Source: Acutalibacteraceae bacterium
Lineage (GTDB): Bacteria; Bacillota; Clostridia; Oscillospirales; Acutalibacteraceae
Assembly (NCBI GenBank): GCA_045591465.1
Contig: JAZNSZ010000018.1
Location: 5,730-69,729 of the forward strand
Direction: 5' to 3'
Length of the DNA: 64,000 nt
Position 1 is the stretch's first letter. Each line of letters starts with the position of its first letter. The notes beneath the pieces are model-generated. The model was not told where the DNA came from. It made no database searches and saw only the letters and a list, made by a program, of their open reading frames with translations. Shown here one piece after another: positions 17,869-27,096 of this stretch. The position numbers and the translations under genes are program-made.

Positions 17869-20071
17869 GCTTAACGCTATTAGAGAAACCAAGATACAAC
17901 ACACTTTGCAAAAGCGTGAGCAAAACGGCTATACCGACCTTGATGATTTCGGCACGGTACCGCTACCTGAAAATTACAAAGTAGAGCCTTGGTATAACAG
18001 TGAAAACGGTAGTTTTTACGGTATCGATGGAATGAGCGAGAATTTTTGCAGAGTAATGGATGCGCATCCTGCTTATGTAGACCCAATGGAAATGCTTTGC
18101 GGAAGATGGCGCGACATGCTGGTTAATTATCGTGGCGACTTGCATTACATGCCAAAATGGCGTAAGGCGCAAATGGTAAATGACGATTTGTCACAGGTTA
18201 CTAATCAGTGGAGCAAACGTTGGGACGAAATAAGATTCCCGTACGATGATTTAAAACCGTTGCAAAAAAAATACAACATAACATCGGGTATTGACGCAGA
18301 CGCTCACCTTGCTTGTGATTACTCGATAGGTTTAAACTTAGGGTTTGGCGGTTTTCTTGATAAAATAGAAAAATACCGCAAAATCAATCCCCAAAAAGCT
18401 GATTTTTATGACGCTGAAGAAAAGTGCGTAAAGGCTATTGTTCGTTTTATAGACCGCAACATTGCCGAAATAGAAAAGCTTTTATTAACAGAGAATAGAC
18501 CTGAGATTATCGAAAGTTTAAACGAAATGTTACAGGTAAATAAAAATATACGACTAAATAAACCTGAAACTTTTTATGAAGCTTGTCAATGGGTTGCTTA
18601 TTTCAACTGTGCGGCGCGTATTTATACACGCGACGGTGCAGGTTTCCAACTTGATACATTGCTTTATCCCTATTATTTAAATGATAAGCAAAACGGAATA
18701 CTTGATGACGAAAAGGCTAAGTTCTTAATTGCGAATCTTTTAGTAATAGACCCGCATTATTATCAGGTATCGGGTGTAGATGTAAATGATAACGACATTA
18801 CGAATGAACTTTCATTTCTTATTTTAGATGCTTGTGATGCGATAAACATATCGGCGAATATAACAGTAAGGTATCACGAAAAATGCAATAAAGAATTTTT
18901 CGATAAAGCTGTTTATTATTTGCTAAAGAATAAGAATGGTTGGCCGCGTTTCTGCAGTGATAAAAATTTATCAGCAGGCTATATGAGAAATATCGGTGTA
19001 ACCAAAGAGATAGCACGAAAAAGAATTGCGGTTGGTTGCAACTGGATGTGCGTCCCCGGTATAGAGTTCCCTATGAACGATACCGTTAAGATAAATATAG
19101 CGAAGGTGTTCGAGTGGGCACTTATAGATATGAAAAGCGAAGAGAATAAATCGACAGAAAGACTGTTCACGCTTTTCGCATCGCACCTTGAAAAAGCAGT
19201 TGATATAACTGCTAAGGGAATAAATTTCCATATAGACCACCAAGCAGAAGTAACTCCTGAACTTATAATGAATCTTATGATGGAGGATACGATAGAAAAA
19301 GGTCTTGACATTTCGCAATGTGCGAAACTTTATACCGTAGGTATAGATGGTGCCGGTCTTGCCGTCGTGGCGGATTCGTTTGGCGCACTTGAACAAAGAG
19401 TTGAAGATGAGAAAATACTCACCTGGGATGAGATTTATGAAAATCTTGAAAACAACTTTGAAGATGTTTCAGGTGAACGCGTAAGACTTATTTTAAACTC
19501 AAGCCCCAAATACTGCGGCGGAGATACGGCGGCTGATAAATGGGCAAAACGATTAACTGAATGTTGGGTTGAAAAAGTCAAAGGACAGGAAATGCCCGAA
19601 AACAGACAGTTAATACCGGGCTGGTTCAGTTGGTCCAGAAGCATTGAGTACGGCTCCGTGGTAGGCGCTACGCCAAATGGCAGAAAAAGCGGCGAACCTA
19701 TTTCGCACGGCGCTAATCCTAATCCTCATTTCAGAACCGACGGCGCTGTTACAGCGCAGTCTAACGGAATAGCCGCTGTGCAATGCGGTTGGGGTAATAC
19801 GGCTCCGTTACAAATTGAATTTGACCCACAAATTTCCGATGATGAAAAAGGTGTATCTATTATAGGTAACCTTGTTAAGAGTCATTTTGAGCAAGGCGGA
19901 ACACTCATTAATATAAATGTTCTAGATGCTCAAAAATTAAAAGAAGCACATGAGAATCCAGATTTACATCCGGACCTGGTTGTTAGAGTTACAGGCTTTA
20001 CAGCTTATTTTGCTTCTTTGTCACCGCAATTCCGTGAATTAGTGGTACAAAGATTTTTGGAGGGGATGTAA
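17849..20071 (+). CDS. Glycyl radical enzyme, PFL2/dehydratase-like fold, unknown substrate
   Basis: C-terminal glycyl radical motif VVRVTGFTAYF (Gly716, codon 19994-19996). GATPNGRKSGEPISHGANP. Cys loop AVGCNWMCVPG (Cys397, codon 19037-19039). Confidence 0.9.
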   Translation: MLTYKDRLNAIRETKIQHTLQKREQNGYTDLDDFGTVPLPENYKVEPWYNSENGSFYGIDGMSENFCRVMDAHPAYVDPMEMLCGRWRDMLVNYRGDLHYMPKWRKAQMVNDDLSQVTNQWSKRWDEIRFPYDDLKPLQKKYNITSGIDADAHLACDYSIGLNLGFGGFLDKIEKYRKINPQKADFYDAEEKCVKAIVRFIDRNIAEIEKLLLTENRPEIIESLNEMLQVNKNIRLNKPETFYEACQWVAYFNCAARIYTRDGAGFQLDTLLYPYYLNDKQNGILDDEKAKFLIANLLVIDPHYYQVSGVDVNDNDITNELSFLILDACDAINISANITVRYHEKCNKEFFDKAVYYLLKNKNGWPRFCSDKNLSAGYMRNIGVTKEIARKRIAVGCNWMCVPGIEFPMNDTVKINIAKVFEWALIDMKSEENKSTERLFTLFASHLEKAVDITAKGINFHIDHQAEVTPELIMNLMMEDTIEKGLDISQCAKLYTVGIDGAGLAVVADSFGALEQRVEDEKILTWDEIYENLENNFEDVSGERVRLILNSSPKYCGGDTAADKWAKRLTECWVEKVKGQEMPENRQLIPGWFSWSRSIEYGSVVGATPNGRKSGEPISHGANPNPHFRTDGAVTAQSNGIAAVQCGWGNTAPLQIEFDPQISDDEKGVSIIGNLVKSHFEQGGTLININVLDAQKLKEAHENPDLHPDLVVRVTGFTAYFASLSPQFRELVVQRFLEGM

Positions 20072-21243
20072 TGAATAATTGTGAAACTGTTTTAAAAGGC
20101 TCCTATGACGTTATAGTTGTAGGCGGCGGTATAGCCGGTGTTGCGGCTTCTGTCTCAGCTGCGAGACAAGGCATGTCGGTTTTACTGATTGAAAAAGGCG
20201 TCAACCTTGGCGGTCTTGCAACATCGGGATTGATTTCTTGGTACGAACCGCTTTGTGATGGCTTAGGAAATCAAACAACATACGGAATCGCCGAAGAGCT
20301 CATAAAGTTATGTTGCAAATACAACTTTGAGAACCTACCGGTAAAATGGGGCGGCGACGGGCATAACAAGTCGAACAACGAACGTTATGCTACATATTTT
20401 TCACCAACTGTTTTCACCTTGGCGCTTGACGAATATGTTTTGGCGAACGGTGTTAAACTTTGTTTCGATGGTTTGGCAACATATCCTGTTATGGACGGTA
20501 ATATTTGTACCGGCGTTATAGTTGAGACCGTAAGCGGCAGAGAACAATTTAATGCAAAATTTGTAATCGATGCTACGGGTACTGCTTCTATAATGGATCG
20601 CGCAGGAGTACCTACCGTATGCGGCGAAAACTATATGACCTATGTGGTTCATTGGTTTGATGTCGAAGGTGCCGAAAAATTAGTTGATGATAAGAATATA
20701 TGTAAATTCAGGCGTTGGATGAATGCCGGCAGTGATATGATGGGCAAAGGTCATCCTGAAAATATGGGTATGTTATCGGGAGTTTCTTCCGAAGATGTTA
20801 CAAATTATATGATTGCGGGAAAAGCAAGACTGTTAAATAAACTTCGTGATAAGGATAAAAACAGTTTTGATGTAATGACCTTACCAAATATGCCACAGTT
20901 CAGAAAAATAAGACGAATTGTAGGCAAGACCGACTTCAACGCAATAGACGGCGAGAAGTATGAAGATTCCATAGGAAATTGCAGTGACTTTAGACCGAAC
21001 GGTAAAGGTAAACATTACCAAATACCCGGCACTTCACTTTTCAATGAAAACTTTGGCAATTTAATTGCCGCGGGAAGAATCATATCGGCGCCGGATGTAG
21101 ACGGTTGGGAAGTAGCACGAGTTATTCCAAACTGTGCGCTTACCGGTGAAGCGGCTGGTAAAATGGCTGCTTTGTGTATTAAAGAAAATAAACAACTAAA
21201 TCAACTTGATAAAGATGACTTTAGTAGAATAAAAATCAATTAG
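20071..21243 (+). CDS. FAD-dependent oxidoreductase
   Basis: N-terminal Rossmann motif DVIVVGGGIAGVAASVSAARQGMSVLLIEK. The start overlaps the GRE stop (TAATG). Confidence 0.8.
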   Translation: MNNCETVLKGSYDVIVVGGGIAGVAASVSAARQGMSVLLIEKGVNLGGLATSGLISWYEPLCDGLGNQTTYGIAEELIKLCCKYNFENLPVKWGGDGHNKSNNERYATYFSPTVFTLALDEYVLANGVKLCFDGLATYPVMDGNICTGVIVETVSGREQFNAKFVIDATGTASIMDRAGVPTVCGENYMTYVVHWFDVEGAEKLVDDKNICKFRRWMNAGSDMMGKGHPENMGMLSGVSSEDVTNYMIAGKARLLNKLRDKDKNSFDVMTLPNMPQFRKIRRIVGKTDFNAIDGEKYEDSIGNCSDFRPNGKGKHYQIPGTSLFNENFGNLIAAGRIISAPDVDGWEVARVIPNCALTGEAAGKMAALCIKENKQLNQLDKDDFSRIKIN

Positions 21244-21254
21244 GAGAGAAAAAT

Positions 21255-22178
21255 ATGGCTTTAGAAAATTTTAAGTATGTAATACCGGCTTTTAACACAC
21301 CATTTGATAAGGACGGCAACTATTCTGAAGAACGCGCTAAGCAAATGTTAGAATGGCAATTAAGCAAAGGCGTAGGCGGTTTTTATTTGTTAGGTAGTAA
21401 CGGTTTCGGCCCTGCTATTGAGAAAAAGGAACGCATGGAAGCGTTGGAGTCAATTTGCTCAATCGTTAATAACCGCGTTGAAACAGTAGCTCACGTTGCC
21501 GCAGTTTCAACCAATGATACTATTGCGATGGCTAAACATGCACAGTCAGTAGGATGCGCTGCTATATCTGCTGTACCTTCTTATTACTACAAGTTAAGAC
21601 CCGAAGAAATGTATAGATACTATGCAGAAGTAGCAGAAGCAGTTGATATTCCTTTGATTGTATATGCAAAAACTGCTGACTATGCTCCTTCAGTAGAAAT
21701 GTTCCAAAAGTTAGCTGAAATCCCGAATGTTAAGGGCGTAAAATTCACCGGTCCTAACCACTACATGATGGGTAGAATTAAAGAACATTTAGGAAAAGAC
21801 TTTAAGGTATATTCAGGTTATGACGAAATGTGCTTATCAGGTATTATGTCCGGCGCAGATGCAGTTATCGGTGGTACATATAACCTTTATCCTGATTTGA
21901 TTATTCGTTCAATCGATAAATTGTTAGCAGGCGATGTAGCCGGTGCTCAAAAGGATTACTTAGCAAGTAATGCAATAATCGAAGTATTGTTCAAATACGG
22001 CAACCTTACTTCAGTAATGCGTGCTGCTATGTCATTCATGGGAATTGATGCAGGTTATAATCCGTCACCATACACTGAAATGGATCCCGCTAAGTTACCA
22101 CAACTCAAGGCTGAGTTAAAAGAACTCAAAGCAAAACTTGATATAGAAGATATCGATTTGTTAAAGGCTGTTGAGTAA
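21255..22178 (+). CDS. DapA/NanA-family class I (pyruvate-dependent) aldolase, divergent
   Basis: PSYYYK motif and the Schiff-base Lys context VKGVKFTG (NanA-like). The usual GTTGE/GSTGE motif is replaced by GSNGFG. Confidence 0.75.
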   Translation: MALENFKYVIPAFNTPFDKDGNYSEERAKQMLEWQLSKGVGGFYLLGSNGFGPAIEKKERMEALESICSIVNNRVETVAHVAAVSTNDTIAMAKHAQSVGCAAISAVPSYYYKLRPEEMYRYYAEVAEAVDIPLIVYAKTADYAPSVEMFQKLAEIPNVKGVKFTGPNHYMMGRIKEHLGKDFKVYSGYDEMCLSGIMSGADAVIGGTYNLYPDLIIRSIDKLLAGDVAGAQKDYLASNAIIEVLFKYGNLTSVMRAAMSFMGIDAGYNPSPYTEMDPAKLPQLKAELKELKAKLDIEDIDLLKAVE

Positions 22179-22326
22179 AATAGGCAAATAACCGATAATA
22201 CATATCGGGGCATAAATCAGGAAATATTTACTTGTTGATATATTTCGAATTTATGTGTTACCTTATTTATATGTATTTAGTATATATCTATTTATATATA
22301 TATAGAATAGGAGGTAGAGCGGAATC

Positions 22327-24873
22327 GTGAATAAAAATAAAATCGGCATTTGGCAAATGGATATGGGCCAGAATGTATCGATTGGTGATTTTAACAACGT
22401 TACCGACGTTGAGAAATACGGTGTAACACCGGGTCAAAAAGGTGACCATCCACAAGAGATTATAAATCCCGATGCTCGTCCGATAGTTTACCGAGAATTC
22501 AATCCGGAAGAATATCAATATTACTTCTTAGGTAAAGATTATTTTTACGGTATTTTAAAAGATGGTGCCGAAGTTATTTCTGCAGTAGACGATAAAGGCC
22601 GTTTGCTTGATGTTTATGACTGTGCCGGTAAGTTTAAATTAGCTGTCAGAGGTAACGATATAAAATTTTTAATGACCGATATCGCTTCTTTTGAAGAAGT
22701 TACGGTTGATGGTTATAAAGGTGTTAAAATTTGGTACAATTGTGAAACAACTTGCCGTTTCGTTGATGAAGCAGCTGCTACATACTTGTTCAAGGAAACA
22801 GGAATTTCGGTTAAACTACACGCTGCATGGCAGGGCTTAGAAGATGAAGTTCTTAAAGGCGGATGCTCGGTTGTTAGAAAAGCGTTAAACGATACACCGA
22901 TAACAAAGAAGCGAATTTCGTACAACTGGAATTATCCGGAAGATAACGACTTTACTCATTTGGTTGGCGAATCGGTTGCTATTTCGGGTGAGTATGACGG
23001 TATTGCGGTTTATACATTCTGCCGCGACACTACACCGGATAAGAGATTTAATCTTAAGGTTTGCGATTGCGAACGTTTTCAGTTAGATGTCGGAACGAAC
23101 ACAAAGGATGTCGACCATACATATTATATAGATATCGTCTTCGTGAAGGCATCCGAAAAAGAAAGTTATGAAGCGCTCTTCAAGGGCCGTCATATGAACT
23201 TTGCGGCAGGTATTGCTGCAGTAGAAGATAATGAATCTACTACATTCTTTATGGGCAAAGATGTTTTACTTAACATCAATGTTACCAATATTTCAAATTC
23301 TGATATAGAGTTTGGTGTAAGATACAATGTAATTAACCATTATAATGAAGTTGTATCAAGCGGGACATTCTATCACAACAAATTGGCAGTAGGAGAACAG
23401 GCAAACCGTAATCTTGATTTAAAACTTGATAACTACGGTATGCATTATCTCAACTTGTATGTTACCGATGGTGTTAGTGAGTACCGCGAGTGTTACCACT
23501 TTGCAATGCTTGAAGAGTTTGACTTTAAGTATAGAACAAAGAGCCAGTTTGGTATCTGCGCTCCCCATACCGACAACGCGGGTGAGAGCGAAGTTACCGC
23601 AAAGCTACTCAAAAAGATGGGTATTAGCGCAACAAGACTTGGTGTAAGTTTAGACCATTATTTGTCTGACTGTCTTGAAGAAAACGGAATTGATAGATTA
23701 GTTGGTATATACGGAAACAAGGGTGTACCTGCTGATGAATATGCCAAAGCGGTAAAAGACCGCGCTGATGAGTGGATGGATGAAATCGAGTGTTTCCTAA
23801 TTGGTAATGAAATGGATAAGTTTACTAAGGGCAACTACGATAAGAGTAAGCGCCTTTTGGAAACTAACTATATTCCAAACACAATTAACCCGGTTTACGA
23901 TTACCTTACTACTAAATATCCTGATAAGGATATAGTTTGGGAAAGTAACTGCCACGGATCGCTTGAATGGTTAGAAGCCTTCTACGAAACGGGACTTTGG
24001 GACAAATCGAAAATCATTGATGTCCATTCATATAGTAGTCCATCGGGACCTGACAAGTGTTTCTCCAATCAATGGGCGAGTATGCAAGCAAGTCTATTCT
24101 CTAACGAATATGCTGCGGTACGCTGGAAACGTATTACAAGACGTTACGGCGATAAGCGACTTATGATAGGCGAGACAGGTTATCCCACCCCTTACGACGA
24201 CAGAAGGGAAATTGACATCCGTACACAAGCGGACTTCAATACAAGAATAGCGTTATTCTTCCTTGAAGTAAAAGCGGAACTTATCAATTTCTATTGCTTG
24301 TTTGACCGTATAAGTTGGGCAGAGGGTACAGGCACCGGTAAAAATGTTCAAATGTTCTTTGGCGCGTGCTATAACCACGACTATTACGGCATATATATGC
24401 CGAAGCCTTGGGCGGCAGCATACGCTAACCTTACAAGACGACTCGACGGTGTTGATACTTGTAAATTCTTCGATGATTACGAAGAAGACGAGTGGGGAAC
24501 ACTTCGTGCCTTTAAGGTTACTAAAAAGGACGGTACCGAGTTAGCGGTTCTTTGGTCGAATATTTATATGCAACCTAATACAACCGCTGAAGGCCGTATG
24601 AACAATGTCGAGCGTATACCTTTCCCTGCTTGGGAAAACCACTGGTTAGAAACCGAAACTCGTACCTTTGCTGCTGTCGGTGATACGGTAGAAGTTATCG
24701 ATATAATGGGTAACAAAAAGGTATATACCGCAAAAGACGGCAAGGTTGATATTGAAGTTAGCGGTTCGCCAATATTCGTTTATGGCATTAAGGGCAATTC
24801 TGAAATTGATCCCGAAAAAGCGAATAATCGTGACAGTGATATTCCGGTTGTAGGCACTGCCGGTATCTGTTAG
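22327..24873 (+). CDS. Putative cytoplasmic glycoside hydrolase, clan GH-A-like TIM barrel in the C-terminal half; paralog of 45360-48113
   Basis: LIGNEMD (acid/base NE) and MIGETGYP (nucleophile E) motifs, conserved in the paralog as ENGNES and ITEVGYA. No signal peptide. GTG start 12 nt after AGGAGG. Confidence 0.55.
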   Translation: MNKNKIGIWQMDMGQNVSIGDFNNVTDVEKYGVTPGQKGDHPQEIINPDARPIVYREFNPEEYQYYFLGKDYFYGILKDGAEVISAVDDKGRLLDVYDCAGKFKLAVRGNDIKFLMTDIASFEEVTVDGYKGVKIWYNCETTCRFVDEAAATYLFKETGISVKLHAAWQGLEDEVLKGGCSVVRKALNDTPITKKRISYNWNYPEDNDFTHLVGESVAISGEYDGIAVYTFCRDTTPDKRFNLKVCDCERFQLDVGTNTKDVDHTYYIDIVFVKASEKESYEALFKGRHMNFAAGIAAVEDNESTTFFMGKDVLLNINVTNISNSDIEFGVRYNVINHYNEVVSSGTFYHNKLAVGEQANRNLDLKLDNYGMHYLNLYVTDGVSEYRECYHFAMLEEFDFKYRTKSQFGICAPHTDNAGESEVTAKLLKKMGISATRLGVSLDHYLSDCLEENGIDRLVGIYGNKGVPADEYAKAVKDRADEWMDEIECFLIGNEMDKFTKGNYDKSKRLLETNYIPNTINPVYDYLTTKYPDKDIVWESNCHGSLEWLEAFYETGLWDKSKIIDVHSYSSPSGPDKCFSNQWASMQASLFSNEYAAVRWKRITRRYGDKRLMIGETGYPTPYDDRREIDIRTQADFNTRIALFFLEVKAELINFYCLFDRISWAEGTGTGKNVQMFFGACYNHDYYGIYMPKPWAAAYANLTRRLDGVDTCKFFDDYEEDEWGTLRAFKVTKKDGTELAVLWSNIYMQPNTTAEGRMNNVERIPFPAWENHWLETETRTFAAVGDTVEVIDIMGNKKVYTAKDGKVDIEVSGSPIFVYGIKGNSEIDPEKANNRDSDIPVVGTAGIC

Positions 24874-24938
24874 TGCTTTATGTGGTGATAATACCACTTT
24901 AATATATATAAATAAATTATTTAAAGGAGTGTCTAATT

Positions 24939-26957
24939 ATGAAAAAATTTACCTTTGGTAAAAACATTTCCCATGTGGGAAAAATATTTTTCTCTTTGGT
25001 TTTAACCTTGGCACTATTACTTAGCACTGTAGTATTTTCTTCTGCAGATGGTGAAACCGCTGCTGATTTCGGCGGTTATGCTACAAAGTATACCCACGTG
25101 TATTCACCTATGGATTTGATTACAGCAGCAAACACATCACCAAAATTTGTTGGTTATGATAGTACTACTAAAGATTACGGTTCTTCAGTTTGGAAGTTTG
25201 ATGCTATTGAAAATGACGTAAAGCACACCATGATAACCACAAATAAATTTTCAGTTAATGAAACTAGCCCTAATAAAGGTTATATTCAGTTATCTAATAC
25301 TGGTGCAAGTTTAAAAGCGGTATATAAATTCTATGCTTCAACTTTAGCATATGAAAATACAGCTCAAGAATACATGCACAGAACTATTCAGTATGAAAGT
25401 ACTAAAGGCGAACACATGGCTTTTGGTTTTACTGCTCCCGTATCAGGAACCTATGAAATAGCAGCTCCTATTCAAAAGGTTTCAGGAACAACTCTTGTTA
25501 ATTTCGGTGTTACTAAGACAGATGCTTTAGGCAGTGAAACTGAACTTCAAGCATTAGCTGAACTTGTAGACCAAGATAGATTCTGCGATTTAATTGTAGA
25601 CCTCGCAGCAGGTGAAACAGTATGGCTTAATGCAAGATTTGCAGGCGTTGTAACTTTAGATATCGGTATTCCACAGGCTATTCTTCTTAACAATGCAATC
25701 GTCGAGACAGAAACTGCAAAAACCTACAAATTCCGTGCAATCGACTATCTTGAAAATACAAACACAAATGATATTACATACGACGGCAATTCTACCACTT
25801 CAAATACAAAGGCAGCTTGGGAAACAGGATATATTAGTGATACTGTACAAGCAAAAAACGTAGCTGGTTTTACTGGCAAAATTTTTAAATTTGATAATAT
25901 TACTATGCCTTTATTAGCCTCTGACGAAGGAACTGAAGTAGACGCAAGTGTACTTAATGCAATGAAGCGTTACGAGATACTTTCTGCCGGTAAAGCATAT
26001 GTAGGTTTGCCTCTTAGAGAAATAAAAGAGGGCGGAGCACTCGCTTCTAGCTCCGGCGTAGGTGCGTTATGGCCTGTAAGTGGTAAGTTGTTTGAAAACC
26101 CCGGCACTATTCATCTCGGCGGCACCGATGCAAATATTGCTGGAACAAACACAGCAGTGTTTAACGGATACCCTGATACTGGCAAGAATTTATCCACCAG
26201 TATCACTTCTAGTGCTCATTACTATCGCTTTACTGCTCCTGTTTCAGGTTCTGCAACCGTAAATCTTAATAGCGATAATGCAGAAGATGCAACTAATCCA
26301 TTTAATGGCACAACAAAGTTAATTGTTTTACAAGGCAATACCATTAAGCGTGTTTTAGACGATTTAAGCCAGCCTACCTTTGAGATTGAAAATCTTGAAA
26401 AAGGCGAACAAATCACCTTAATATACTATGGTTATAAAGCAGCTTCAGAACAAGTTAACATCGGTTCTCCGTTAGTTGAAATATCTGTAAGTAAACCGGT
26501 ATACGCTACTGTAACTTATGATTTAGACGGCGGTACAATTGAAGGCGAAACCAAAGTACAAGTTGAACTTGTTCCTACAACAAATGAAGAAGGCGGAACC
26601 GATTACATCGGAACCATCACACCTCCGAGAGCAACTAAGAAAAATGCTATACATAAAGCTTGGTATATTGGTGAAGAAGGAAAGACATTAGGCAAAGAGT
26701 TTACAATAACAGGCGATGTAACAGTAAAAGCTGTTTACAACTATTTAGGTGACTATACCGGTGACAGAGTACTTGACGAAAAAGATATTGCAGAATATAA
26801 ATTGGTACTTTTAGGTTTAGTTGAGCCTTATGACTTGGCATTTTCTGAGCCTAACGCTAACGGCGATAAAGATGAAGAAGGTAATGATATAATCGATATT
26901 TGCGACCTTGTTTGCGCTTACGAATTTTTACAGGAGCAAAATCAGTCTTTTTCTTAA
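24939..26957 (+). CDS. Secreted protein with two copies of the F-x-AP-x-SG module, a Listeria-Bacteroides-type repeat and a C-terminal dockerin-like module
   Basis: Signal peptide. FGFTAPVSGTYE and YRFTAPVSGSATV. VTYDLDGG repeat. Two EF-hand-like segments, DYTGDRVLDEKD and DEEGNDIIDICD. Confidence 0.6.
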   Translation: MKKFTFGKNISHVGKIFFSLVLTLALLLSTVVFSSADGETAADFGGYATKYTHVYSPMDLITAANTSPKFVGYDSTTKDYGSSVWKFDAIENDVKHTMITTNKFSVNETSPNKGYIQLSNTGASLKAVYKFYASTLAYENTAQEYMHRTIQYESTKGEHMAFGFTAPVSGTYEIAAPIQKVSGTTLVNFGVTKTDALGSETELQALAELVDQDRFCDLIVDLAAGETVWLNARFAGVVTLDIGIPQAILLNNAIVETETAKTYKFRAIDYLENTNTNDITYDGNSTTSNTKAAWETGYISDTVQAKNVAGFTGKIFKFDNITMPLLASDEGTEVDASVLNAMKRYEILSAGKAYVGLPLREIKEGGALASSSGVGALWPVSGKLFENPGTIHLGGTDANIAGTNTAVFNGYPDTGKNLSTSITSSAHYYRFTAPVSGSATVNLNSDNAEDATNPFNGTTKLIVLQGNTIKRVLDDLSQPTFEIENLEKGEQITLIYYGYKAASEQVNIGSPLVEISVSKPVYATVTYDLDGGTIEGETKVQVELVPTTNEEGGTDYIGTITPPRATKKNAIHKAWYIGEEGKTLGKEFTITGDVTVKAVYNYLGDYTGDRVLDEKDIAEYKLVLLGLVEPYDLAFSEPNANGDKDEEGNDIIDICDLVCAYEFLQEQNQSFS

Positions 26958-27096
26958 TGTGAATTTATTGTAAAATAAGCAAATTAAAGAGTATAGAAAC
27001 GCAGGTTATAATTTCTTTTTATCCCGTTAATCCTGCGTTTATGACAAAGTAAATTTTTCCTGGTTTCTTGACTGGGGATATCATTGTGGAGATGTT

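Noticed and set aside
22293-22306. (TA)6 microsatellite upstream of the 22327 gene as a possible phase-variation tract.
   Set aside because: It is short, not clearly placed between -35 and -10 elements, and nothing suggests variability.
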